The position numbers and the translations under genes were made by a program. Source: Candidatus Poseidoniaceae archaeon (GTDB lineage Archaea > Thermoplasmatota > Poseidoniia > Poseidoniales > Poseidoniaceae). Taken from it: DNA of 64,000 bases. The stretch lies in assembly GCA_943788655.1 (NCBI GenBank), contig CALSRB010000002.1:395081-459080 (forward strand), given 5' to 3'. Below are positions 30,396 to 41,000 of this stretch, piece after piece. Each line of letters begins with the position of its first letter. The stretch's first letter is position 1. The notes beneath the pieces are model-generated. The model was not told the origin of the DNA. It made no database searches and worked only from the letters and a program-made list of their open reading frames with translations.

Positions 30396-32027
30396 ATGGT
30401 CAAATCCAATATTGAATCTTTGGTCGAAACAATCACAGAGGAGGTTAAGTCGAAATTCACGAGAACCATTGGATTGGTCGGTGTGATTATCATCTCACTC
30501 TCCGCCATGCTTCCTGGAATCTTTGTGACCCCAACTTTTGCAGCAGAGATCATGGGGCCTGGAATTTGGCTTGCCTATTTGGTCGCAGCTTCTGTGGTCC
30601 TTCCCGGTGCTCTGTCCAAGTCTGAGCTATCATCGGGAATGCCGTCGAGTGGAGGGTCGTATGTCTACTTAGAGCGCACGTATGGCCCGCTAATCGGGAC
30701 AATCAGCGGACTGGGTTTGTGGGCATCTTTCCTCCTTAAATCGGCCTTTTCCTTGATTGGCTTTTCTGCATACTTCATCGTTGTTACGACCTACTTCGAC
30801 ATAAAGATGGAATTGATGACACTCTCAATGAGCGCACTGGTGCTAATCGTTGTTGTGAACCTACTTGGCGTGTCGAAAGTCAAAGCAGTTCAAGCACCGA
30901 TTGTGTTCATGACCGTGGCTCTGCTTACGGTCATTTGCATTGCCTCATTCTTCACTGACGGCTTCGATGCCAGCATCCCCATCGATGGAGCGATGAATGC
31001 GAATGGGTGGGCACTTGCTGAAGCAGCAGCCTTTGTCTTCGTTGCCTATGCCGGCGTTACCAAGGTGGCTGCGATCGGTGGGGAAGTGAAAAATCCTGAG
31101 AAAAATTTGCCAGCTGGAATATTGCTTTCGTTGCTGATTGCAACAGTGCTCTACTCTGTAATTTCGTTCTTGATGATGGCAGCCATTCCAGGCGATGGAT
31201 GGTGGATCAGCCAAGATGGCAAGGTTGTGGAGAACCCAATTTGGGTCTTCGCTGAAACCGTTGCAGGATCGAAATTCGGTGTCGTTGCCGCTGCCCTTTC
31301 TGTTCTAACGATGATTTCGATGGCGCTTGCCGGTATTCTCGCTTCCTCAAGATTCCTGTTTGCAATGGCTCGTGACAACCTTCTTCCGCAAGCACTCGAG
31401 GAAGTGAATATAAAATTCGAGACCCCTCATTGGCCCATTCTCTTGACTGGAATCGCCATGGCGTTGGCAATTTTCTTTGTGCCTCTCAAGGACGTTGTCA
31501 AACTCGCTTCAGGTTTCAAAATCATGATTTTCATGATGATCAACTCATGCGTTATTATCCTCCGGCAAACGAGCAAAGAACATGATTGGAACCCATCCTA
31601 CAACAGTCCAATGTACCCCTACATCCAGTTGTGGGGAATCGTGGCGGGCGCAGTTCTCATCGCATTCATCGGCAACAAGGCCTTCATCGGTGCAGGTGCT
31701 GCAGTTGTTGCAGGAGCAGCCACATACTTCCTCTACGGCAAAAAGCACGCAGTTCTACAAACGACGCCAGTCGCTTCCTTCCGCAAGCAATTCCAATCGC
31801 CTTCTCCGACCGAGCACGAACGCCGAATAACTGCGTTCCATGCTGCTGACATGGGAGGTAAGAACCATTTGACCGTACGAGAATTCCAACGTGCTCTGAA
31901 AGCGCTCGGCCTCAGTTACACCTCCGATGAATCCCGTGCGATTTTCCATGCCGCAGATGCCGATTCGAACGGTGTAATTGACATTGATGAATTCTTCGAG
32001 TTCATTGAAACCACCAGCGAAGAATAG
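30396..32027 (+). CDS. APC-family amino acid permease with C-terminal EF-hand pair
   Basis: GIFVTP, SELSSGMPSSGGSY, GGEVKNPEKNLP, SRFLFAMARD; EF loops DMGGKNHLTVREF and DADSNGVIDIDEF. Confidence 0.9.
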   Translation: MVKSNIESLVETITEEVKSKFTRTIGLVGVIIISLSAMLPGIFVTPTFAAEIMGPGIWLAYLVAASVVLPGALSKSELSSGMPSSGGSYVYLERTYGPLIGTISGLGLWASFLLKSAFSLIGFSAYFIVVTTYFDIKMELMTLSMSALVLIVVVNLLGVSKVKAVQAPIVFMTVALLTVICIASFFTDGFDASIPIDGAMNANGWALAEAAAFVFVAYAGVTKVAAIGGEVKNPEKNLPAGILLSLLIATVLYSVISFLMMAAIPGDGWWISQDGKVVENPIWVFAETVAGSKFGVVAAALSVLTMISMALAGILASSRFLFAMARDNLLPQALEEVNIKFETPHWPILLTGIAMALAIFFVPLKDVVKLASGFKIMIFMMINSCVIILRQTSKEHDWNPSYNSPMYPYIQLWGIVAGAVLIAFIGNKAFIGAGAAVVAGAATYFLYGKKHAVLQTTPVASFRKQFQSPSPTEHERRITAFHAADMGGKNHLTVREFQRALKALGLSYTSDESRAIFHAADADSNGVIDIDEFFEFIETTSEE

Positions 32028-32251
32028 AGCCACCCCACATCCCTGAATGTATCAGCGCCTTAGTGGGCTTGGGCGTAGGCTTCACCAATGCCGAATTCTG
32101 AAGCATTTACCACTGCGCAGAGGAAGATGAAAGCGGCGTTATTGGCATTGATAAATTCCTCCTCACCGGTGAAACAATCGACGAAACATTGGTTTCAGAA
32201 GACGAAGAAGCCGAGTTCGATCCACTTCATGAGTGGATTGACAACCTCTGA
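32028..32251 (+). pseudogene. Degenerate remnant of a paralogous permease EF-hand C-terminus
   Basis: Frame from 32042 reads PECISALVGLGVGFTNAEF*SIYHCAEEDESGVIGIDKFL, which aligns without gaps to REFQRALKALGLSYTSDESRAIFHAADADSNGVIDIDEFF. Confidence 0.75.
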
Positions 32252-32349
32252 ACGAAAAGTATCGAACCACAACGGACTGGTCCAACAAACCATTGCTGCG
32301 AGAAGATACTCGATGCCGAGTGGTTCCTCTTGAGGGTAGAGGGTGGCCA

Positions 32350-34986
32350 TCACTTCACCTTCGTCCACGAACCATCTGGGCCAACATTCCAGAATTGTAT
32401 CGCTTCGCTGACATCGACATACCATCCGGATTCGCCTTGCACGGATCCAGGGGCGGCCTGCATCACACCGATTTCTGCTGCTTGAGCAGCCAGGCTTGTT
32501 TTCAGTTCAGGACTGAGGTCGATCATTGTGTCAGGTGAAGGCGTAGGATTGAGTGATTCTCCGGATGATGCGTCTGTCTCATCAACCTCATCTTCTGCGT
32601 CCTCATGCTCTTCTTCGAAGGCGTCTTCGACCCAGTCTTCCCCTTCTTCGGCATTGTTCACACGGCGTACGAGCACGACCAATGTAACCAAAATAAGACC
32701 AAGCAGGAACGAGCCAAGCGTCATAGCAGTGTTCGTCGAACCAACTGCTCCACCAAGAAGAACTGGTTCAACATCAAAGAATCGTTGCGTGATAAGTCCA
32801 TTCCAGTTCACAGTACAGGAACGGTCATCGCCAGCAGAACTGACTTTGACTTCCCATGTATCGCCTGTGACGTACTTCGCTTTTCCAGCACTGCAAGAAA
32901 TCGATGTGTTTTCAGGCTCGACAATCACGAGGTTGTCGTATTCATCAACGCCTTGCAGTTGCAGAAGCACCGTATCGCCCTGTGCAATATCAAAGCCGTC
33001 AAGTTCGGCCACCACCCGGACAGGCGTCCCCGGCAGGATGAGTAAGTCGATGGTGTGAACCGCATCATCAGAAGTCAACATCAATTGGTAAGAACCTGAT
33101 GTGCGTCCTGTGAAGTCCCAATATCCATTTCCTGACGAAGATGCTTCAATCACACCAAATGATGAATCCAATTCAGTGCTTACATTTGTTGCCGGCGCCA
33201 TGTTACCATGGGCATCGATCACTTGAATGTACAATTCAGAAGGTTGGCCGGCATTGACCGTGAGCCCGAGTTCCTGATCTGTGACCAAATTACGTGCTTC
33301 TCCGGCGACCACCGTGAGGCGAATTGTGGCAAAGATACCATCTGCGTTTGCACGGATTTCATGACCACCGACACTGGTTGGCATCCATAGGTAGTCTGAA
33401 AGAAGAAGTTCAACGGTTGCGTCCACCCCATCAACAGTCCAATTCAAACCGACTGGATCGAGTTGATTTCCAAAACCATCGAAGAACTGTGGGTCGAGAT
33501 CAAGTGGTACATCCGAGGCAAGAACTTCGTTCGCCCCGTTTAGTTCAATAAAAGCCAGTTGCCCAGTGAGGGTGCTTTGCTGAAAGGTGGGTTCGAAGCG
33601 AATGTTGGTGGAAGCATCGTACCAAGACCCTTCGATTCGCCAAATCTCGAGAAGGCGTGGTGAAAGGGTCGCATAACCTTCGTAGGATTGGAAATGACTT
33701 GCGTTTCCTCCGAGCAATGCCATGGACCCATTGACCAGCCATTTGTTCCCCATTGCATCCACTGCCCAGAACGAGAGGGTGCTTTGCTGTCCGACACGCA
33801 GGGTTGAGGGTTCGAGTTCAAGAACGGCGTCGATTGCTGTTCCATGATGAATTTCGACATCAAGAGACGAAGCCACGCCTTCATCGATGACATTCAATTG
33901 ATGAGACCCCATGGTGCCTGGCGTCCAATAGACTCGGCCATCTTCGAACGACAATCCGCCGCTTGAGGTCGTGAAGTTCTCCAAAGGTGGTGTGAAGGAA
34001 CCTGTGTAACCATTGGCATCGGTGCGCATGGTGATGAGTTCATAGGTCTCTCCAGCGGTGTAGAAGCTGTGGTCGCCAACAATCGACAATTGCGAGAGGG
34101 ATGCATCAGCGGGCACGACTCGGATGGTTGAGGTCCCAGTCACATTTCCAGCGCTGACGGTGAGGTTCCAGACCCCAGGATACGTCGCCGTGTATCGCCC
34201 AACGGGACTCATGGTTCCGTTTTCTGAGGACCATGTCTTGTAACCTGCATCGGTATCATTCATTTCAAATCCATACTGATCGATGAGTTTGACAGTCAGA
34301 TAGACAGATTCTCCGCTGCGAAGCTGGAGATTGTCTTCAAATTGGAATTCATAGGGGTTGCCTGCGACAACTTCCACCATGCGATTGTCTTCCATTTGGT
34401 TCAAACGAGCCCTGACTTGAACATCGCCAAGTTCGGTCGGGGTCCACTGGGGTGCTCCCACGCCAGCATAGACGCCGTCGACATCCCAGACAACATCAGT
34501 TGCTGGTTTTGAATTTCCACGCGCATCGATTAGGTTTGCTTCGAGGGTGTTTGCCACCTTCGCTTGTGCTTCGGAGGTCACGATGCTCAGGCTCTGTCCG
34601 ACACCGGCTTGAACAGTGATGTTGAACACATCCGTCAGGTTTCCGCTAAAGGCTTCGATGCTGATGGTCCCTGCGCTCCATGGATAGAAGGTTCCATCAC
34701 TGGTGATGGTTCCGTTCGAACAGGCCCAGTTCACTTCTTCAGAAACGACGTTGTTAACGGCGTCATACAGCGTTGCTTCAAACATCACAACCTCATCCGC
34801 CGTTAGTGAATACACTGGTGATGTAATGACAACCCTCGTTGCCGATGATGAACTGTGGAAAGGAGATGGTTGATCTCCATCCAATGATGATGCAGACGGC
34901 AGGGATTGCCAAGCTTGTGTGCAGAACAAAGCCACAAGAAGCAGGGTGGCCAGTGGCCGCATCCCCTGAAACGTAGGTCTCCTCAT
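32350..34986 (-). CDS. Membrane-anchored Ig-like repeat surface protein, paralogous to the C-terminal part of the upstream giant protein
   Basis: Signal peptide, repeated TAD/D-x-x-GN Ig units, TM, acidic tail. TTGATA 30 nt before ATG 34986. Confidence 0.8.
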   Translation of the reverse strand: MRRPTFQGMRPLATLLLVALFCTQAWQSLPSASSLDGDQPSPFHSSSSATRVVITSPVYSLTADEVVMFEATLYDAVNNVVSEEVNWACSNGTITSDGTFYPWSAGTISIEAFSGNLTDVFNITVQAGVGQSLSIVTSEAQAKVANTLEANLIDARGNSKPATDVVWDVDGVYAGVGAPQWTPTELGDVQVRARLNQMEDNRMVEVVAGNPYEFQFEDNLQLRSGESVYLTVKLIDQYGFEMNDTDAGYKTWSSENGTMSPVGRYTATYPGVWNLTVSAGNVTGTSTIRVVPADASLSQLSIVGDHSFYTAGETYELITMRTDANGYTGSFTPPLENFTTSSGGLSFEDGRVYWTPGTMGSHQLNVIDEGVASSLDVEIHHGTAIDAVLELEPSTLRVGQQSTLSFWAVDAMGNKWLVNGSMALLGGNASHFQSYEGYATLSPRLLEIWRIEGSWYDASTNIRFEPTFQQSTLTGQLAFIELNGANEVLASDVPLDLDPQFFDGFGNQLDPVGLNWTVDGVDATVELLLSDYLWMPTSVGGHEIRANADGIFATIRLTVVAGEARNLVTDQELGLTVNAGQPSELYIQVIDAHGNMAPATNVSTELDSSFGVIEASSSGNGYWDFTGRTSGSYQLMLTSDDAVHTIDLLILPGTPVRVVAELDGFDIAQGDTVLLQLQGVDEYDNLVIVEPENTSISCSAGKAKYVTGDTWEVKVSSAGDDRSCTVNWNGLITQRFFDVEPVLLGGAVGSTNTAMTLGSFLLGLILVTLVVLVRRVNNAEEGEDWVEDAFEEEHEDAEDEVDETDASSGESLNPTPSPDTMIDLSPELKTSLAAQAAEIGVMQAAPGSVQGESGWYVDVSEAIQFWNVGPDGSWTKVK

Positions 34987-35025
34987 GCCGCTCCCTCTCA
35001 CATTAACCCGTATCAAAGCCGCGCC

Positions 35026-38000
35026 TCATTCAGTCCATTCGGACCATTCGGACTCATCCGGTTGGCGGTAGTACCAGGTGCCATTTTCATCTTCGGCCCA
35101 CTCAGTACCATCATCGTCCACGCGATGATCTGCCATCCACGATGTGTCCTCTTCGGGCTCCGTTTCAGGTTGCACCTCAGGCACAACCTTTGGCGCAGGC
35201 CCACTCGGCCCAGGTGCAGGACCAGTTGGGCCTGCAGCGCTCGGTGCGGGGCCACTCGGACCCTTTGCTGAACGTGACGGTGCTTCGTCTTCATAATCGT
35301 CTTCGTCATCATAGTCATCGTAGTCTGTGTCACCACCGCGAAGGGCGACAACCAACAGGCCTACAACAACGAGAGCGATGATGGCAACAAGCACTGCGCC
35401 AACATAATACAGCGGTCCGCCAGCCTTGAAGAAACCTCCAACGTTCCCTGTGACTTCAAATTCAATGGATTCAGAGACTTTACCAGATGTTACGGTCACG
35501 GTTTGTGAGCCGCTGTCAAGGGTCACGACCTTCCAGACACCTTGGCCTTGGGCCAAGACTTCTGCTCGACCGGTCGAATCCACGTTTGTGCTCGCAGGAA
35601 CCGGTATTGGGTTGTCATAGGCATCGAAGGCCGAGACAGTCACTGTGAATGTTCCCAATTGGTCAACAGTGGTTTCAGAAAGCACCACGAGAATGGAACT
35701 GACCGTTCGCTGAGCGGCCACTGAGAGTTCAAGACTGCCTGTGGCTTGACCCGTGCTGAACTCAAGTGAATGTGTGCCTGCAGTTCGAGCGAAGTAGGCA
35801 TAGCTTCCTTCTTCTGTGCCGGCCGACATGTCGTCAACACCGCTGTTGTTCTCCGTCCACTCAACGGTCTGTGGGAAGGTGTTTCCGTCAGCATCTGTAC
35901 CTGTGATCTGAATCGAAATTTCCTTGCCAGCATCTTGAGCCAATGTGTCAACTGTTGAGGCCACACTGACAGCAACACCGTGCAGGACAGTCACTGTAAC
36001 TTCGTCACTGATGTTGTACCCTGCGTTGCTGATTGCATACCCTGCAATGGTGTAGTTTCCTACGCTGGTGGCCTGCCAACGCATGTTAGCAGCAACAAGG
36101 CTCGATGTGATGTCTGTTGTTTCTTGAGTTTCAGCGTTGATGAGCACCCACGTCAACAGACTTGCGTCGATTGCGTTGGTGTCCAGATCTGCAAGGTTTG
36201 CAGAGAAATCGATGTATTCATCGGCAGTCAGCGAGAATGCCTCGCCAGATGTGCCGTCTGAAGCGATGGCGGACACCGTTGTGGAGATGAGGTCACCTTG
36301 GCTGACTTCGACAAACAAGCTGACTTCATGGACCATTGAACCGTCGTCATACACTGCGAAAATCGTGTAAGCAGTCGTCGATGATTCGAACGGTTGGAAG
36401 GTCACTTCGTCGTTGCCGATGTCCGCCCCTTCAAGGATGGACTGGTCGCTCCATGTTGCGTGAACAAGCGTCCAGTTGGCATCAATCGACCAGCGGTTGC
36501 CCTTTTGGTCGGTTGCCTTCACATTCACGTCGAGTGAATCATCAGCGGTCAGTTGGAATGTATCGCCGACAGAATCGACGTTCTCAACAACCAACACGAG
36601 CGTAACGATTGCACCTTGCTCAACAGTGATTGAGACCTGGGTCGTTTTGTCCTCATACTTGGCTTCGAGTATTTTCTGACCTCGAGAAATTGGGTCCCAT
36701 ATCGCAGGTCCTCCAGGAGTCAAGATACCGTCTGAAGTCTTGGTCCAGTTCTGACTTGGCAAGAACACAGGTAGGCGATTGCCGCGCACGTCAATGCGAG
36801 TGGTGTTGATGTAAATTCGGTCATCTGCCGTGATTGCGGTTGCGGAAAGATCGAGTTCGAGGCTGTCCATTGCGCCGTGCCCGACGGTGATCAACAACTG
36901 GCCTGCAGCACCGCTGGTTGAGGTAAGGTTCAACCACCAAACGCCAACATGGTCAGGGAAGTATTCGCTGTTCTCTGTGCTGTAGTTTCCATTTCCGACC
37001 GTCCATGTGAGCGAACCTGCTTCGGTCACGTCTTGTATTTCATTCCCAAATTGGTCATACAATGTGTGCGTAATCGAACACCAAACACCAGCTGGTACGG
37101 TGCCGGAGCACCCTTCGAGGGTGAATGATGACGCAACACCGGTCATAACCAATACTTGGACGGTGACCGACTGGCCATTCCAGCGCACGTCAATGCTTTG
37201 CAGCCCAGTCGCATAAGGAAGGAACAAGTTCGGCTGAGCGAGATCCATGCTACCGTTCGTTGGGGTGAACGAGATGGCCTGGTTGGGAACTGCATTGCCA
37301 AACTGATCGACCACTTGCGCGTTGATTGTCAGCGTGTCGTCGGCGGTGATTTCGGTGGCAGATCCGGTTGCAATCAATGTTGTTGGCGCACCAGGCGTAA
37401 CCGTGACAATCTCGATTGAGCAAACCAATCCAAAGCAAGCAGAAACAGTGTGCTGTCCTGATGCATATGGGGTGAAAACACCGGTTGTGGAAATGCTACC
37501 ATTTGATGCTGACCAGATAATTGGAGCACTAACTGGCATCGAGAGGTGGTCATAGGCAACATAGCTGAAGGAAATTGGATTATCCGCTGACGTCGTAGGT
37601 GCCGTAGGCGTGATGTCAACACTGTTGACGTCGGTATGGTTCAACAGAATCATTGGCCGGTTTGCCGCTTGCCCAACTAAGGATTCGCTGGCGATGAAAT
37701 TCGCCATCATATCGCCACGGTTAGGTGTTCCAATAATGATCCAAGCGTTGTCATTGTCAATGAGCATACCTTGCGCACCAATGTCAAACCAAATCCAGCG
37801 GTTGTCGCTGAGGTCGGTTTCCACGAACGAAGAAACAGGTGTTGCTTCGTAATCAACACCGGCTTGCATGCCACTTGCACCCCACGAAACGCCTGTGGAT
37901 GCATTGTTCCACGTGGAGCCAGATTGACTCCACTGAGCGTTGGTGATCCGGTGAACATCAAAGGTCATCGCGTTGGCTCCACCGGCAGTAGTCCATGAAT

Positions 38001-41000
38001 CCACATAGAGTCCAAGGCTTGCAGAATGGATGCTAGCATGAGCAGGCAACGGCACTTGTCCATTGTTGAGTGCAAAGGTCATGTACGCCCTCTGACCGCT
38101 GAATTGTCCAAAGTAGGTGCCAACTTCAATGATGTCGGCGTCACCGAAGTTTTCGTCTGCATCCGCTTCGCTGAGGTGAGTTTCGCGAATGTTGGTATGG
38201 CCGAATTGAGTCACTTCATTTCCGGTTTGGAAGGTGTAACTGAAGGTAAGATCGCCATTGTCGACATGGTCAGGGTTGCCAATGGCAAAGGACCAGCGAG
38301 AAGAGGAAGGTCCCGGTATCGACTGATTGACACCTTGAACCCACCATTGGAACACTTCACCAGTGTCCAGCGTACCGGGGAATCTGAAGGTCGTTCCAAT
38401 GAAAGCGTTCATTGATTCCCATGAGCGGTACTTGTAAACTCCAGATTGGTTGGCAATGGTGACAATATAGCCGGTTGCACCAGTTGATTGTGCCCAAGAG
38501 AGAATTGGTGTCCCGTCCGGCTGGAGCACTGCACCGCTGGTGTTGTACAACACTTCACCATCTGATGGGTAGGTGAGCGTCGGTTGCGATGGCGGCGTGA
38601 TGCCATCGACGTTATCGATGTACTCAACCACCAAACGAGGTCGGAGGGTTTCGTTCACGTACTCTGAGGAGTAGAACTGATGGTTCGTGTAAGGCGTACC
38701 AACAACTTCGAGCATGATGGTCATGGTCATGTTGTTGCTTGCTACATTGCTTTGTGCTAAACTCGTGAGGTCCCATTCAAGCCATCCGCTTGATGGATTG
38801 AGAGTGAGCGTCGAACGTGTGATTTCGGTGGTCGAACATGATGGCGTGTTGTTCCATGTCACTGTTGATTGAGAGAATTGAGAGCAAGCGTAAGCAGACA
38901 CCGTTGTCGCAGAGGTTCCCACGACGTTGTATCGGTACAAGTTAAGCAGCATCGAAGTCGGTGTCATGGCTGCTGGCCATGGCATGGTGCTGAGATCGAA
39001 TTCGATCAAAATACTGCTTTGTCCCGACCCAGAACTCGAGGTGCCAAGGTTGAGCGTTTGTGACGAGCCCATGTTCGAAGAGACAGTGGACGAAATTTCT
39101 GCATCTGGGACAGTTGGCATTAATCCGGTGTCTTCGAAAATCGAGCCACGGTAGAGACTGATGGATTGGTTGCCGTCACCATCGTCATAACCTTGGTTCT
39201 CAGGGATTCTAAACTTCTGAACTGCAGACCATTGACCGATTCTCCCATCTTGATCTGCACGAACGCGCCAGTGGTTCCAGAAATCGCCCTTCGTGAGGTT
39301 CGTATCCGTCATAGTGAGGTTGGTTGGATCCCAAGTTGTGTCTGGCCAAACGCCATCTGCGGCTGAGCCAGAGTCCCAGCATTCCAAATCTTGGACCATT
39401 CTCGGCTCGCTTGCGCCGCAGAGCAACCATTGAGTTTCGTTGGTTTGTGAAGAGGTCCAATTTGCATGGACTTCATCGGCGCCACTTGGTCTGGTGGCAG
39501 AGAGGTTCCATAGGGTCGCTCCATCTGCAGGCAGCATGTTGTATGGTGCAGAGGGAACCCATGCTGTGGTCGTATCATAGGTGAAGGAAAGAAGCGGTCG
39601 ATCGGTTCGAACTGTGTTTTCACTGCTTGCGATGTAGTACACGCCGTCAACGGTGCCATCGATTTCTTCGGCTTGAACCAGAATGTCCAAACTTTCCTGC
39701 CCACGAAGAATAGCATGTTGAAGCATGGCGGTCACGTTGACTTCGTAGACGCTCGTAGTGTTCATCCAGAACCCAGCGGTTTCTGGAATCTGTGAATCTG
39801 CGGAGTGGTATGCGCCTGTTCCAATCCATGAGGTCGTGTTGTTTCCAGGGTGAGCCCATGAAGACGCTTCGTCCCAGGAAGAAATCATTTCTGAAACTGT
39901 GACAAACACCTCTCCGTTTCCATTGACAGCTGTAAGCTGCAACGACGCATTCTCAATCTCATACACTGATGGCAATGGTACGGTACTGAAATCAATCGAA
40001 AGGAGGGTCGAGGAGCGCAAGGTGCTGCTCTGGGGGCTCCGTCCAACCGAGAGGTAGGCGTTCGCGCCGTTGTTTGCTTGGGAGTTGCCTTGGTCGATTG
40101 AAGTATCAATCGTCACTGATGGATAATTGAGGTCTGCGACCATGTTTCCATCCTGAACGGAGAGCCAGGCATGCGTTGAATCGACTTCACCAGAAACCAC
40201 ATCAGGAATGTAGAACACAGTGGAGACGCTTTGTGGGCCAATCATACCCGAGTCGATTGGTTGCACAGTCCAACGAACCGTTTGCACGTCTATATCAGAT
40301 GGTGGCGTGAATTCCAAAGCGTTGAGATCGAACGCCGAGGATGTGACACGGGAGTCGTACACGGTGCGTCCAGCCATGTCATCGTCTGCATCTGCAAACA
40401 GGATGACGCGCCAGGCAGCTGGTGCGTTCACGCTGCTTGGAAGCGTCCAAGACAGGACGGGGGCGTAATCTGGAAGGACTGCGTGGCTGGTTGCGTCCCA
40501 CATGATTGAGCCGTTGCTCGGGCCAGCGTTTGTAGCAGCAGTGCTTGGCACAGCGGCGGTTCCGTTGGTCCATGTGAGGTTTAACCATGGCCGGTTCGAA
40601 GACAGTCCTTCAGAGGTGGTGAAGGTGATGAGGTTCGCGCCGTTCGACCAAGAGGTGATTTCGTTGGAGGCATACACCATGAGCGAGAGGGAGGAAGCAC
40701 CGGAGTCAAGCGCTGCTTGCACGGCCTCAGTGACATCCCAAGACATCCAATCTGCACTCACAGACATTTGCAAATCCACGTATTGGCCCACGTCAACACC
40801 AATGTCCCGACCTGCTAATGCTGACCAGTTGTTTGTGCCGTCGTAGGTCACATCGTTTGCTGCACCCGTCCAATTTTGCAAGACTGGGCGCACGGCAAGT
40901 GGTTCACCGGTTGGGGAACTGAACTCTGAATAGAGGTTGAGGGCTGCATCCGTAACTCGAGCGTTGGCTGGCTGTGGCACTGCGTTGAGCGGAATGCGGA

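Noticed and set aside
32059-32350. Minus-strand ORF continuing through a TGA at 32195 (possible selenocysteine/readthrough)
   Set aside because: Better explained as the antisense shadow of the plus-strand EF-hand remnant; no Sec context.
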